From assembly GCF_009914755.1 (NCBI RefSeq), contig NC_060938.1: DNA of 64,000 nucleotides. The stretch is one strand, 5' to 3'. Below are positions 18,275-35,961 of this stretch, in pieces (position 1 is the first letter of the stretch; every line of letters starts with the position of its first letter). The notes beneath the pieces were generated by a model. It did no database searches. It saw nothing but the letters and a program-made list of their open reading frames with translations, and had not been told where the DNA came from. The translations under genes and the position numbers were made by a program. This DNA is from the human T2T-CHM13v2.0 reference genome, Homo sapiens.

Positions 18275-18677
18275 TTAACTCAACTCTGCACCAAACAAAC
18301 AAGCCAACAAGCACTGAGACTGGTCAGTGCTTATCTTGGAATGGTTTGTCACGTTTTTGGGAAAAGCGGTGAACACATCTGTCGCTCCTCTGGCTGGTGA
18401 GAAGACTGAACTCCATAGTGATCCCCAACCATACAGTCACCTCGCACTGCAGCATCACAATGGCTCAGCACAGGGGCCTCCACTGGCAGAAGAAAGAATC
18501 CCACAAGAGACCTCCTGCTGTAGCCAAGGAGGGGCTAAGGAACCCTGGACCAGGGGATATGGAAAAGTCAGTTGCCTGGAAAGAGGAAAACTTGGAGTAC
18601 AGAAGAGAAGTTAAAAGAGAAAGACAGAAAGCAGCCTACAGCCCCACCACCTTATTTTGAAGGCCCAGGATTGCAGT

Positions 18678-19444
<767 letters not shown>

Positions 19445-20196
19445 GCAACTCTCTCCCCTTATGTTGCTTTTGAGGCGATGACAGCGTTGTGTAGTTGAAA
19501 CTCCTGCTCCTCCCACGGCACCGGATCTTCGAAGAACCACCTGGCCATCCACAAAGGATGGCTGACATCACCTCAGCCCCCTGGGGAGGATAGCAAGGCA
19601 GGTTCACAGAGAAAACCCCGTCAGGCATCCTAAAGGGACACTGGTGAAATGTCACAGCCCCTGTGTCATCGGGGGTGGTGGCAGCACAGGACTGATAGTT
19701 TGCGGTCAGCAGAGAAGATGTCCCTGGTCAGGAAAGAGCAATTCTCTGCTCACCTCAAAGGGACAAGGGATGAGGTGGGAAGGGGGAGGCTGCCACACCT
19801 GCGTTACGTGAACTGATAACACCTGGGCTCCAGAGCGCCCCGACCTAAAATGACCACAGCTGATTGAGAAAGCTGAGGACTGGGCTGGAGATTATGCATC
19901 TGCGCATGCTTTTTTAGTTCATTCTGTGGGAGCAACTTTTGGAGAATTGGAACAGATCGGGGGCGAATCAGGGGAAGGCAACTCTGAGGGGAACGTTCAG
20001 GGGAATTTAGAAGAAGGATGATAATGTAGGTGCAGAAGTCATTGCAGCCCGCCCCTTGAACTCGTCTCAGGAAGGTGTGCACTGGACGAGTCAAACAAGG
20101 TGCTGCACTTGAGCCTGAGTCTGGGTGCAGCAAGCTCCGCAGAGGCAGCGACTGTATCCTTGAATGGCTGGGATTGCTGGGGCCACTGCTGCCTAA

Positions 20197-20567
<371 letters not shown>

Positions 20568-20639
20568 TGAAAGCTGTTGTTTTTATCCACCAGCTTCTCC
20601 CCCTCCCTTGCTACCTACCCACATTTGAGGGTTAGTGCA

Positions 20640-20860
20640 GGCCTCCTTCCCTTGGGGAAGGTGATCCTGATGAGGCTGCCAATCACAGTTCCCTTTCTTC
20701 CCCCTCACTTCAGCCCAAGAGGCAGGCATGAGACCCAAGCCTAGCCAATCAGAGCTCTTTATTGGGAGTTACGTCTTCTAAAGCAAGAAGTCCTCTCCCT
20801 CCTTAGGATGGCCAAACTGACATGATATGAGCCTAGAGCTGCCTGTAGCCATGTTGAGCC
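20640..20860. mobile_element. Probable ancient ERVL-class LTR fragment (LTR16/MLT1K-like)
   Basis: ggctgccaatcacag..ggcatgagacccaagcctagccaatcagag..gagctgcctgtagccatgttg. Confidence 0.4.
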
Positions 20861-21287
20861 TAGCCCAGTCACAAATTCTGGGTCACTAAAGGTTAGTGAG
20901 AATCCTGATGACAACATATAAATATTTTTATTCTGTCCCTGCCCAACCTGTGGACACATGTCTGAGACCTAAGGAGAGAGATGGCTGTGAGTAAAAAGTG
21001 AGATCTCAGTAAAATCTCTACAGACCTCCAGGGCAAGGGCAGTGCATTGGAGAGGAGAGAAGCATCTTGCTACCACTTCAACATAGAGCAGCTCCAGCTT
21101 TGGTCCAGTGAGTTCTGCAGGGTGAATAGCTGGAAAGTGGGCCATGGCCCATGGGAGACTTTGGTGCTTGGCAGGGGCACGAGTTCCAGTGGCAACACCA
21201 TCTCCTGGCAGGAGATGGTGGTATCTTGAAAACCATAGGAAGTACTGGGTGAGAGAGCAAAACAGCACTCAGGGAGAACAGTCTTGT

Positions 21288-21317
<30 letters not shown>
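21288..21317. repeat. (CA)n microsatellite
   Basis: Direct read. Confidence 0.9.
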
Positions 21318-21319
<2 letters not shown>

Positions 21320-21461
21320 GAGACTGGTCCCTCTTCTCATGATTCACAAACATACTTCTTATTTTTCTATGGGGGTGGGATGTGTGGGATGGTTGATTAA
21401 CAGAAGATTGCAGGTATAGGTCTGGCTTCAGCAGATAAGGCAAGAGCCAGTGAAATCTGAG

Positions 21462-21764
21462 TTTTGGGGTTTTGTATGAGACAGGGTCTCACTCTGTCAC
21501 CCAGGCTGGAGTGCAGTGGTACACTCACTGCTCACTGCAGTCTTGACCTCTTGGGCTCAAGTCAGTCATCCTCCTGCCTCAGCCTCCTGAGTAGCTGGGA
21601 TTACAAGTGTGTGCCACCACACCCAGTTAATTTTTAATTTTTTTTGTAGATCTGGGGTTTTGCTCTGTTGCCCAGGCTGATCTTGAACTCCTGTGTTCAA
21701 GCAATCTTCCTGCCTCAGCCTCCCAAAGTGCTGAGATTAAGGGCATGAGACATCGTGCCCAGCC
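21462..21764 (-). mobile_element. AluJ
   Basis: Reverse Alu; TSD aatctgagt. Confidence 0.9.
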
Positions 21765-21879
21765 ATGGAATCTGAGTGTTATTCTTGCTGTGTCCCCTAT
21801 TGTTCCCATAGGCTGAGGTGGCCTGGGAAACTCAGGTTATATTTGGGTAACCTCAGTAAAGTTGGCCAACTAATGGCCA

Positions 21880-22386
21880 GTGTTTTGCTTATCTACTGCT
21901 GTGTAACAAATTACTCCAAAACATGGAGATTTAAGTAACAGTGAATATTTTTTATCTCTCACAGGTTGGGGATTTGGAAATGACTTAGCTGAGTGGTTCT
22001 GACTCAGGGGTCTCATGAAGCCATAGCACAATGTTGGTCAGGGCTGTAGGATCCACTTCTAAGTAGCCTCACTCACATCGCTGGCAAATTATGCTTGCTC
22101 AGGGAGTGGGGGTGGGAGCTCAGTTCTTCCCCAAGTGGACTTCTCCATGGGAAGGCTTGAGTATCCTCACAACATGGCAGCTGACTTACCAGAGAGCAAG
22201 TGATCCAACTGAGCAAGATGGAAGCCACAGTGAGGGTTATAGCATTGGAAGTTCAACTCTTTCTTTTCTGCAATATCCTATTATTACATAATTCATCCCA
22301 ACTCAGTGTGGGAGGGGAAGACACAAGAGCATGAACATCAGGAGGCAAGGCTCACTGAGGGCTTTCTCAGAAGCCGGCTGCTACAG
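21880..22386 (-). mobile_element. MLT1F/G-type MaLR LTR
   Basis: tatctactgctgtgtaacaaattactccaaaac..cttagctgagtggttctg..gcttgagtatcctcacaacatggcagctg. Confidence 0.75.
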
Positions 22387-22799
22387 CATGGCATCATATT
22401 CAAAAGCAGCACCAGTTTGACATCCAAAAGCACTGAAAAGCCATTGAAGTCTCTACCGAAGAAGTATGGGAAGAAGGAAAGACATTGCAGAATGCCCAGT
22501 AGAAGTTCAAAAGTTCCTCTTCACTCTTCAATTTTCCCAGTTTTCTCATCACAGCAATTGCTTCCCCAAATCTCTTCTTTCAAACTAACTGAAATTTTCA
22601 CATCTCTCCTGTTACCCCCTCGCCACCTCCGTTATATAGATCGAATCAACCTCTCCTGACTCTCCACCCTCCCACTTACCCTGAAGCCCCAAGAACCAGG
22701 TAGGCAATCATAGGCACTCCTGAGTGAGGCCTAGAAAGTGTAGGAAGAGGGAAGGCAGTGAAGAATGATATACTAACATTTTGTGTCAGTATCACATGT

Positions 22800-22870
22800 A
22801 TATCCTAAGTGCCTAGTATGGTGCCTAGAATACAGCAGGTGCTCAATACATGTTGGTGAATTAATGGATA
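22800..22870 (+). mobile_element. L2 3' end
   Basis: gtgcctag..gtgcctag..aggtgctcaatacatgttggtgaattaatg. Confidence 0.6.
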
Positions 22871-22990
22871 GAGACATTTAACAAATTCTAGATGAAAATG
22901 CTGGTATTCAGTGGTAATAATATAGCAACAAGTTTCCATATGAAACACAAAAATGCTATGCTACTATCTTCTTTTAAAATGTCCATGATA

Positions 22991-23712
<722 letters not shown>

Positions 23713-23844
23713 TGTATATTTTGTGTGTGTGTGTGTGTTCTCTGAACAAGCTTCTTGAAAGCAGGATCTGTGTTTTATTCACCCTTATATCCCCAAAGCC
23801 TGGCAATGCCTGACTTGGAGTAGGCAGGAATTTTGTCAGTAATG

Positions 23845-24072
23845 TACTGAGCATTCACAACATGTGTCAGACACTCTTCCAGGGCTGATACGCATAGTAA
23901 CTCTTAATTCTCATAATCACCTAATGCGGTTGGTTATATTATCATTTCCATTTTTTAGATTACAAAATGGGGCATGAAGAGAGGTTGAGTAACTTGCTGG
24001 AGGTTATGAAGTAAGAGCTGAGATTTAGACCAGGGCTGTTTTGTTCTAGAGCCCACGACCATCCTCTACCAC
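23845..24072 (-). mobile_element. MIR
   Basis: ttaattctcataatcacc..ccattttttagat..agagaggttgagtaacttgc..aagagctgagattt. Confidence 0.7.
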
Positions 24073-24823
24073 ATCTGCAGTGTTTGTAGAACTGAATTAA
24101 AGATGAGTGAGTAGATCTGTCAAACTTGTGCCAGGGAAAGCCCATAAGCTTACACCAGACACAGCTAGAAAGACATTGAGGAAGTCCTGGAAACCACCAG
24201 TGTGTTTTTAGGTGACTCATGGAGGGAAGAGAGCAAGTTGCAATGTCTCCGAGGGTAGTTGGTTTAGGAAAGGATGAAATATGTCAGAAAAATCTATGTA
24301 CATAAATAAAACCAAGCAGCTGTGTTCACATTAAGATCCAAACGGAAACCCAGCTGAAGTAGGAGCCGTTGGATCTGTCCCACCAACCTGTTGTGAGCAT
24401 GAGCTAGGTAAATATTTGGCTGATACAAGGTCCATCACAGGTTAATAGCTCTGGTCATTACCAAGCCTGGTTATGCTGGAATTGCATGTAATCTCAACTG
24501 GACACTCATGTTTAAGCACAATTTAAAAAATCACCAAGGGAAACCAGGAAGCAACACTTCTATTTGGGAAGTCAACTAATGGAAAGTTTTCTAAAATAAG
24601 TAACACAGCTTCAGCTTCAGCTTCAGCAATGGGATTTGTGACATCCCTCCCGTGTCACAGTTAATGTCTACCTTGTTTAATACCACATAATAGTACTTTT
24701 AGCCTTCAGAACCTTGAAACTGCATAACTACTGGAACAGTTTAAAAAGAATGAGAACATAATGATTTCATACAGCCCATACGTTTCCCAAATAAGTAAAG
24801 GGAAGCTGACTTACGGCAATGAG

Positions 24824-24985
24824 AGGCGGTGTGGTAACCCGGAGAAACTAGGCTGTCGGTGGGACACATGGGTGTGAATCAGCTCTGCTACTTACATGCT
24901 CTGTGTGTCTCCGCAGGACACTTAACCTCTTTGAGCCTTACTTTCGTCATCTGGAAATCAAGAGGGTTGCCCTAGATAATTCTAA
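24824..24985 (+). mobile_element. MIR fragment
   Basis: gaatcagctctgctacttac..cacttaacctctttgagcctt..catctggaaa. Confidence 0.65.
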
Positions 24986-25275
24986 GGACCGGCCCAGCTG
25001 AAGGTTTGTGAGTGCATGAGAAGCCTGCGGTGGGTAAGGTTATGGTGTCAGCTTCCACGTGGTCTGCGTATACAGTGAAGCCCACGTGCCCTGCTCCATT
25101 TGGAGAGGCAGCTTGGCCAAGGTGTAGAATTGGAATCATCTGCATTGGAAGCTGCCTTTTGAAAGTGCTAGCAGTGTGCCCCAAGCGCTTGTTTTCTGAT
25201 GGAGCTGATCTGCCCTGCCCAAGCACTAACTGGGAAGCTCTTACCCTTATTTTCCCTTTGCCCCAATTCCTTTAA

Positions 25276-25577
<302 letters not shown>

Positions 25578-26083
25578 CCTTTAACTCTTTATCTCTTTTT
25601 ATGGTGTGTATTTTTCTAAGCACCTCAAAAAGATTTCATAAGATATGAAATAAAGTGAGAGTATAAAGCTATTCTTTTTTTTAATCCTCCAAAGTGAGTT
25701 GTTTTTGTAGGCTAATCATAGAACTATTGTATGACCTGGCAATCCCACTTCTTGGTATATACCCAAGAGAACTGAAAGCAGGGACCTGAACAGATATTTG
25801 TACACAATGTTCATAGCAGCATTATTCACAATAGCCAAAAGGCAGAAACCACCCAAATGTCCCTCAACAGATGAATAAACAAAATGTGCTATATTCATAC
25901 AATGAAATAGTATTCAGCCATAAAAAAGAAATGAAATATTGATATATGCTAAAATATTGATAGACATTGAAAACATTATGCTTAGTGAAATAATCCAGAC
26001 AAAGAAAAACAAATATTATATGATTCCCACTTATATCAGGTACCCAGAATAGGCCAATTCATAAGGCAGAAAATAAGATAGAA

Positions 26084-26410
<327 letters not shown>

Positions 26411-26420
26411 AAGATAGAAA

Positions 26421-26593
26421 GTGGGACGTGGTGGCTCATCCCTGTAATCCCAGCACCTTGGGAGACCGAGGCAGGCAGATGGCTTGAGCCCAGGAATTTG
26501 AGACCAGCCTGGGCAACATGGCGAAACCCTGTCTCTACAAAAATACAAAAAATTAGGCAGAAGTAGTGGCGTCTGCTTGTAGAAAAAAAAAAA
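26421..26593 (+). mobile_element. Partial AluJ
   Basis: Left arm plus start of right arm. Confidence 0.85.
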
Positions 26594-27091
26594 TAGAATA
26601 GAGGTTACCATGGGCTGGAGGAAGGGCCAAAAGAGAAGTTATTATTTAATGGGTACAGAATTTTTGTTAAAAATAATGAAAAAGGTTTTGGTATACATAG
26701 TGGTGATGGTTATACAACATTGTGAATGTATTTAATGCCATTGAATTGTGAAGGTTAAAATGATAAATATTATGTATGTTACCACAATAAAACATTTAAG
26801 TAGGCTGTCTGTTTTTTGTGCTTCTGTCGAAAGCTTTTGTGTGTGTGTGTAAATTGGCTCTCTGTAATGTGAAAGAGAAAGGTGAGAAAATGAGCAAGGA
26901 AATAGTTGCTTAATAACGAAATCTGACTGGAAATCATGAAGGGCTGAATTGCACGTGTTTGCATCTGTGTGTCAGCAGTTGGGTGAGTTTGGGAAGACTC
27001 GAGGAGGCTTTGGATTTATGAAAGAGGCAGAGACAGCCAGAAAGGCAAGAGGGAACCAAATACCAAATGCAGGGAGTAACTTTTCCCCTAA

Positions 27092-27583
<492 letters not shown>

Positions 27584-27770
27584 TAATAATAAATGTTAAT
27601 TTAAAAATATTCACACAGTACAAAAGAGTGAAAGTTCACCTGTAATCCTTCCCCCAGAGAAGTCCGGTGAATATTCTTCCGGGGCTTTCTGCTCTTATCG
27701 GTCAAGGTAGTTTCCGAATGGGCACATTTCTTCCAGAATTAGATGACCTCCTCTCTCTTCTTACTGTTAC

Positions 27771-29149
27771 TGAGAGGTGACAGCGTGCTGGCAGTCCTCA
27801 CAGCCCTTGCTCACTCTCAGCGCCTCCTCTGCCTTGGCTCCCACTTTGGCGGCACTTGAGGAGCCCTTCAGCCCACCGCTGCACGGTGGGAGCCCCTTTC
27901 TGGGCTGGCCAAGGCCGGAGCCGGCTCCCTCAGCTTGTGGGGAGGTGTGGAGGGAGAGGCGCGGGCGGGAACCGGGACTGCGCGCGGTGCTTGCGGGCCA
28001 GCGCGAGTTCCTGGTGGGCGTGGGCTCGGGCGGACCCCGCACTTGGAGCCGCCGGCCCCGTGCAGTGAGGGGCTTAGCACCTGGGCCAGCAGCTGCTGTG
28101 CTCAATTTCTCGCCAGACCTTAGCTGCCTTCCCGCGGGGCGGCGCTCAGGACCTGCAGCCCGCCATGCCTGAGCCTCCCCCCGCTCCGTAGGCTCCTGTG
28201 CGACCTGAGACCCGAGACTCTCCGACGAGCGCCGCCCCCTGCTCCACCACGCCCAGTCCCATCGACCACCCAAGGGCTGAGGAGTGCCGGCGCACGGCGC
28301 GACTGGCAGGCAGCTCCACCTGTAGCCCCTGTGCGGTATCCACTGGGTGAAGCCAGCTGGGTTCCTGAGTCTGGTGGGGACTTGGAGAACCTTTATGTCT
28401 AGCTAAGGGATTGTAAATACACCAATCGGCACTCTGTATCTAGCTCAAGGTTTGTAAACACACCAATCAGCACCCTGTGTCTAGCTCAGGGTTTGTGAAT
28501 GCACCAATCGACACTCTGTATCTAGCTACTCTGGTGGGGACTAGGAGAACCTTTGTGTCAACACTCTGTATCTAGCTAATCTGGTGGGGACGTGGAGAAC
28601 CTTTGTGTCTAGCTCAGGGATTGTAAACACACCAATCAGCGCCCTGCCAAAACAGACCACTTGGCTCTACCAATCAGCAGGATGTGGGTGGGGCAGATAA
28701 GAGAATAAAAGCAGGCTGCCCCAGCCAGCAACGGCAACCTGCTGGGGTCTCCTTCCACATTGTGGAAGCTTTGTTCTTTCACTCTGCAGTAAATCTTGCT
28801 ACTGCTTACTCTTTGGGTCCACACTGTCTTTATCAGCTGTAACACCCACTGCGAAAGTCTGCAGCTTCACTTCTGAAACCAGCGAGACCACGAACCCACC
28901 AGGAGGAAGGAACAACTCCAGACGCGCCGCCTTAAGAGCTGTAACACTCACTGCAAAGGTCCGCAGCTTCACTTCTGAGCCAGCGAGACAACAAACCCCA
29001 CCAGAAGGAAGAAACTCCGAACACATCCAGACATCAGAAGGAACAAACTCCGGACACGGCCGCCTTTAAGAACTGTAACACCCGCCGTGAGGGTCCGCGG
29101 CTTAATTCTTGAAGTCAGTGAGACCAAGAACCCACCAATTCCGGACACA
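27771..29149 (+). mobile_element. LTR12C (HERV9) solo LTR, full length
   Basis: Starts tgagaggtgacagcgtgctggcag, ends cccaccaattccggacaca; TSD ttac/ctac; tandem tctagct/accaatc repeats. Confidence 0.95.
28415..28745 (+). promoter_or_regulatory. LTR12C U3 promoter: five CCAATC (NF-Y) boxes, GC box, TATA-like aataaaag
   Basis: ccaatc near 28422, 28463, 28504, 28632, 28670; gggtggggc ~28686; aataaaag ~28704. Confidence 0.7.
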
Positions 29150-29456
29150 CTACCATTGTAACCTCTGTGACTTAGTTTCCCCATCTGTTTTACACGGGTC
29201 ACTCTCACCATTACCTTTGAATAGAGTAATTTCTTAAATGTGCACAGTGCTTGACAGCTCAGAGAATAGTCTGGTAGGCTGCCCCACCAGATGTGGGCCT
29301 CATCGGGGCAGGGATTCTTTTCCGTTTTGTCATCTGCTGTATCCCCAGCATGAGGAACAGTGGTGCCATGCAGTAGACATGCAATCTGTGTTAGCTGACT
29401 ATATGACTAGATGTCTCATGGAGTTCTTAGAGTCATTTTGCAAGGGATTTCTCTCC

Positions 29457-29590
29457 TTTTCTTTTAAATTTCTTGTAGAGACAAGGTCTTGCTACGTTGC
29501 CCAGCCTGATCTCAAACTCCAAGGCTCAAATGATCCTCCCACCTCAGCCTCCCAAAACGCTGAGATTACAGGCATGAGCCACCATATCCT
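29457..29590 (-). mobile_element. FLAM/left Alu monomer
   Basis: Reverse left arm. Confidence 0.85.
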
Positions 29591-29748
29591 GCTTTTTCTC
29601 CTTTTTTTTTTTTTTAAACAGGTAAGAAAACTGAATCTCAGCAAGACTGATTAATTTACCCGGTTATCTAGGATTAAGATAGGCTATTTGGCTCCAAGTC
29701 CAGTGGATAAGAAGTATATTGTACATAAACTTTTTCTCTTAAAAAAAA

Positions 29749-30035
<287 letters not shown>

Positions 30036-30494
30036 TCACACTTCTTTTATAAACCCCTGTGAAGTGAATGAAGCAGAAACCTTGAGGTCTTTGGATGCTG
30101 CTGGTTTCTTCCATTGTTCTCTTGTCCTCCAGCCCATTTTTCCTGGCTTCCCTGTTTTCCTCTTCCCTTTCATGTCAGCTGCCTTTTGTTCTTACCCTGC
30201 ATCCACCTCCTTACTCTCTCACCTATTTGAGAATGCCCTGTGGGGTCCTACCCTCTTCTTCAGGTGGCTTGTTGAAGAATTCCTTCTAAGCACTCAGGTT
30301 CTCTCCCTGGGAGAAGTTCTGTCCTACTACCCTTCCAGTGACAACGTTACTCCTCTGTGGACCCGGCTTTGGCCACTGCTAGGTGGCCCATTGCTCATGG
30401 TGTATTATTAGAGGGTTTGTTGCACAGAATTCCCAGTTGTTGTTTTTTTCCCCATATATGATTCCAAGTCTTTTGTGAAAAGCCCCTCTGTGTC

Positions 30495-30880
30495 TACAAG
30501 CAAGAGACAAATCGATGTTGTGAGCCTCCTAATGTGATGCACTGAAAAGAGCACAGCATCACTGCTGTGGTGTTCCTGCCAAAAATATATACAGCGTGAG
30601 GAAGCAATCGGATGAATCCAAAGTGAGGGACATCCCTGCGCTCTTCAAAATGTCAAGGTCATGCAAGATAAGAAAAGTCTGAGGAACTGTTCTAGATTGA
30701 GGGAGGCGAATGAGACGTGACAACTAAATCCAACCTGTGATACTAGTCTGGATGCTGGACCCATAAAGTGGGGTCTGTGGATTCGATGGTATTATCGAAT
30801 CAGTGTCAATTTCCTAATTGTATGGTCGTGCTGTGGTTATAAGTAGGAACATGTAACACTCAAATATTAGATATATAAAA
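30495..30880 (+). mobile_element. Old L1 (L1MC4/5-like) 3' region
   Basis: gcacagcatcact..ttcctgccaaaa..ctcttcaaaatgtcaaggtcatg..tgaggaactgttctagatt..gtgacaactaaat. Confidence 0.7.
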
Positions 30881-31015
30881 GTCCTGTGGGGCATGGGACA
30901 ATTCTTGTGAAACTTTTCTGCCTATTGCAGGAGGACTTCTGGCCGTCCTGGTCTCTGCCCACTAAAGCCAATAATGCCCTCTCCATCACCGAAACAACTA
31001 AAAAAAAGCCCCTAC

Positions 31016-31342
<327 letters not shown>

Positions 31343-31861
31343 CTAAAACACATCCCAGTGGGCAGTAGTCTATCTGGCGAGAACCACTGCTGTAATGGAG
31401 GAGAGCAGAGAAATTCCAAAGATTCCTGTGGAGAAAACAGAGAAGGTCTGACGAGTATAGAAATGAATTAACCAACGACGAAATGATGTGTGCAAGACAA
31501 AAAGCCCATGCTACCTGTAATAGGTAGGATTGCTGTGTGTGGAGGAGAAAGGGGGTCTACCACCCCAAAGACCTCAGCTGAGGCCCCAGTTCCTCTAGGA
31601 ATCCAGCACCTGTCAGGGTCAGTCAAAGGTGAGCCCTTTTTAACACGTCTGTAGTCATCTGCATCACGGGGCTCTCAGCTGCTAGGGTGTTTCCCATGCC
31701 AAAGGTGATGCATGGAAAAAGGAACTTGAGTGCCCTATGGTGTTCCCATTTTAATCATTGCACCCCAATAGTTGGGCCTCTCCTTAGAGATGAAAGATAA
31801 ATCTCAGGCTTTACTGGGGCTATTCAATAAAAACTAGAACCTTCAAGGTGCTCTTTCTCTC

Positions 31862-32163
31862 TTTTTTTTTTTTTTTTTTTTTGAGACAGAGTCTCGCTCT
31901 GTTGCCCAGGTTGGAGTGCAGTGGCGTGATCTCGGCTCATTGTAGTCTCCGCCTCCCAGGTTCAAGCAATTCTCGTGACTCAGCCTCCTGAGTAGCTGGG
32001 ACTACAGGCGCACACTGCCATGCCTGGCTAATTTTCCGTATTTTTAGTAGAGACAGGGTTTCACCATGCTGGCCAGGATGGTCTTGATCTTCTGACCTCG
32101 TGATCCACCTGCCTCGGCCTCCCAAAGTGCTGGAATTACAGGTGTGAGCCACTGTGCCCAGCT
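31862..32163 (-). mobile_element. AluSc-like
   Basis: Full reverse Alu. Confidence 0.9.
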
Positions 32164-32226
32164 GCTTTTTTTTTTTCTTTTAAACAAAGCCTTATTCAGG
32201 AACCTGAATTTCAGACCCAATATATC

Positions 32227-32551
32227 TTTTATTTTATTTATTTATTTATTTTATTTTATTTAATTTTTTTGAGACGGGGTCTTGTTCTGTCACCCAGGCT
32301 GGAGTGCAGTGGTGCGATCTCGGCTCACTGCAACCTCTGCCTCCTGGGTTCAAGTAATTCTCCCATCTTAGCCTCCTGAGTAGCTAGGACTACAGGCGCA
32401 TGCCACCATGCCTGGCTAATTTTTGTATTTTTAGTAGAGATGGGGTTTCACCGTATTTGTCAGGCTGCCTCAAACTCCTGACCTTAGGTGATCCACCCAC
32501 CTCGGCTTCCCAAAGTGCTGGGATTAGAGGCATGACCCACTGGGCCCAGCC
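32227..32551 (-). mobile_element. AluSx-like
   Basis: TSD agaccca(a/c)tatatctttt. Confidence 0.9.
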
Positions 32552-33476
32552 CAGACCCACTATATCTTTTAAAGTCCTGCCCCTGGGCCTTTGCATCTGT
32601 CACCTGCCCTGTCTAGAATGCCATCCCCGCTGCTGGAAGCCTGTCTAAAGCCTGCCCATCCTCAGCCCCTCTTCCATCATGAAGCCTGGAGCACCCAGCC
32701 CGGCCTAAGGAGAATTCTCTTCTCCCCAACATAACTCTGTCCCTTATGCTGGGACACAGACCCTTGAGTGCTGCAGGTCCCACAGGCTACCTTTGTGCAA
32801 TATTCTTCTCCTCCCTTGATGTTTTCTTAAGGACAGGGATGGATGGGGCTGGATGCCTTTGTGTTTCTACGTACCTCCCCACAGCACCCAGCCTGGTGCC
32901 TTAATCAAAGTAGAAGTACTTTAGATTAATTCAACAGGAATGAAACTTTACAAAATCTGCCATTTGAAATATGGCAGTTGTAACCTCCTGAGGTCAAAGT
33001 GAACCTTCCCATCACTGGGCATTAATGACTAACATTTTCAGAGCTTCCCTCCTTCCCATGAGAGGCTGAACAATTAATTGCCACTTTAAACAATAGCGCA
33101 TTCTTTTTTTTTTTTTTTACAGTAAACGTTGGGAACAGCTGCAAGGGAGGGAAGGCTGCAAAGGTCTGAGTCAGGAAGGCAAGAGGGCAGGTGGGGAAGG
33201 GAGTCAATTCTCCTTGGTCTTAAAGAGGCATGGCCCCGAATCCCTTTCAAGAAGGAAGAAGCCAGCCTGAGAGTTTCTTCAACTATGGTCATGTGTCGCT
33301 TAACAACGGGGATACATTCTGAGAAATGTGTCCCCCAAAAGGCGATTTTGTCCTTGTGTGAATATCATAGAGTGCACTTGCACAAACCTAGATGGCATAG
33401 CCTACTACTCACCTAGGCTCTATGGTGTAGCCTATTGCTCCTAGGCTCTAAACCTGCACAGCATGTTACTGTACTA

Positions 33477-33901
<425 letters not shown>

Positions 33902-34393
33902 TTACCATAAATGGAGCTTGCAGGACTGGAGTTGCTATGGGTGAGTCAGTGAGTGCGTGGTGAGTGAATGTGAAGGCCCAGGACATTCCACTACTATAGA
34001 CTTTTAAACACTGTACACTTAGGCTATACTAAATTTATATTAAAAATTTATTTCTTCAATAATAAATTAACCTTAGCATTCTGTGACTTTTTTACTTTAT
34101 AAACTTTTTAATTTTTAAAAACTTTTGACTTTTGTAATAACAGCTTAAAATATGAACATATTGTACAGCTGCTTTTTTCTTTATATCTTAATTATAAAAA
34201 TAGCTTTTTTCTATTTTTATAATTTTTTTTTACTTTAAAAATTTTTTGTTAAAAACAAAGACACACTCACCCACATAAGCCTAGGCCTGCCTAGGGTCAG
34301 GATCATCAGTATCACCATCTTCCACCTCCACATGTACCACTGGAAGGTCTTTAGGGGCAATAACATGCATGGAGCTGTCATCTCCTGTGATAA

Positions 34394-34758
<365 letters not shown>

Positions 34759-35639
34759 AAAATATGTTTTTTATAAGTAGGAGTACACTTTAAAATAATG
34801 ATAAAAAGTATGGAATAATAAATACATTAACCGGTACCATAGCTGTTTATCATTACCCAGTAGTATGTACTGTAAATAATTGCATGTGCTATACTTTCAT
34901 ACGACTGGCAGTGCAATAGGTTCGTTTATGCCAGCATCACCACAAATATAAGCAACGTGTTGCACTAAGATGTTATGATGTCGCTAGGCAATAGAAATTC
35001 TTTGGCTCCATCATAATACTGTCATGTAGGCGGTCCATTATTGACCAAAATGTTGCTATTTGGCCCATGACTGTACTTAAAGAGAGTCATCCAAAATTAT
35101 TATTTTCCTCAAACTTTATGACCTACTCACATTTCCATGCCTAAATTGTCAGTAAATTATTTCAAAGACCACCAGAGCCCCTGTATGTAGTTTCTCTGCC
35201 CATAAATGGTAAGAACTTTCAGAAATCCACTAAATTACCAGTACTTCATTTTAGTTTATTGGAGTGTGTGTTTTTATACCACAGGGCCTGGATTCTGTGC
35301 TTTCAGAGTATCTTTGCTCTTGTTCTGTGACCTTGTCTATACCCTCAGCAAACCCAGAAGCTCCATAAGACCCAGCAATTGCACTTCTAGGTGTATATCC
35401 GGAAGAATTGAAAGCACGTGTTCACTCAAAAATATGCACGTGAATATTCATCTTAGCATTGCTCATAATAGCCCCAAATGGAAACAACCCAAAGTGTCCA
35501 TCAACTCATGAATGGATAAATAAAATGTTATATATCCATACAATGGAATATTATTTGACAACAAAAAGGAATGAAGTGCTGACACGTGCAACAACATGGA
35601 TGAACCTTGAAGACTTTAAGTGAGATAAGCCAGACACTA

Positions 35640-35961
<322 letters not shown>

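Noticed and set aside
27767-28343. GC-rich ORFs and CpG-island-like stretch
   Set aside because: Lie entirely within LTR12C U3; not a host gene exon
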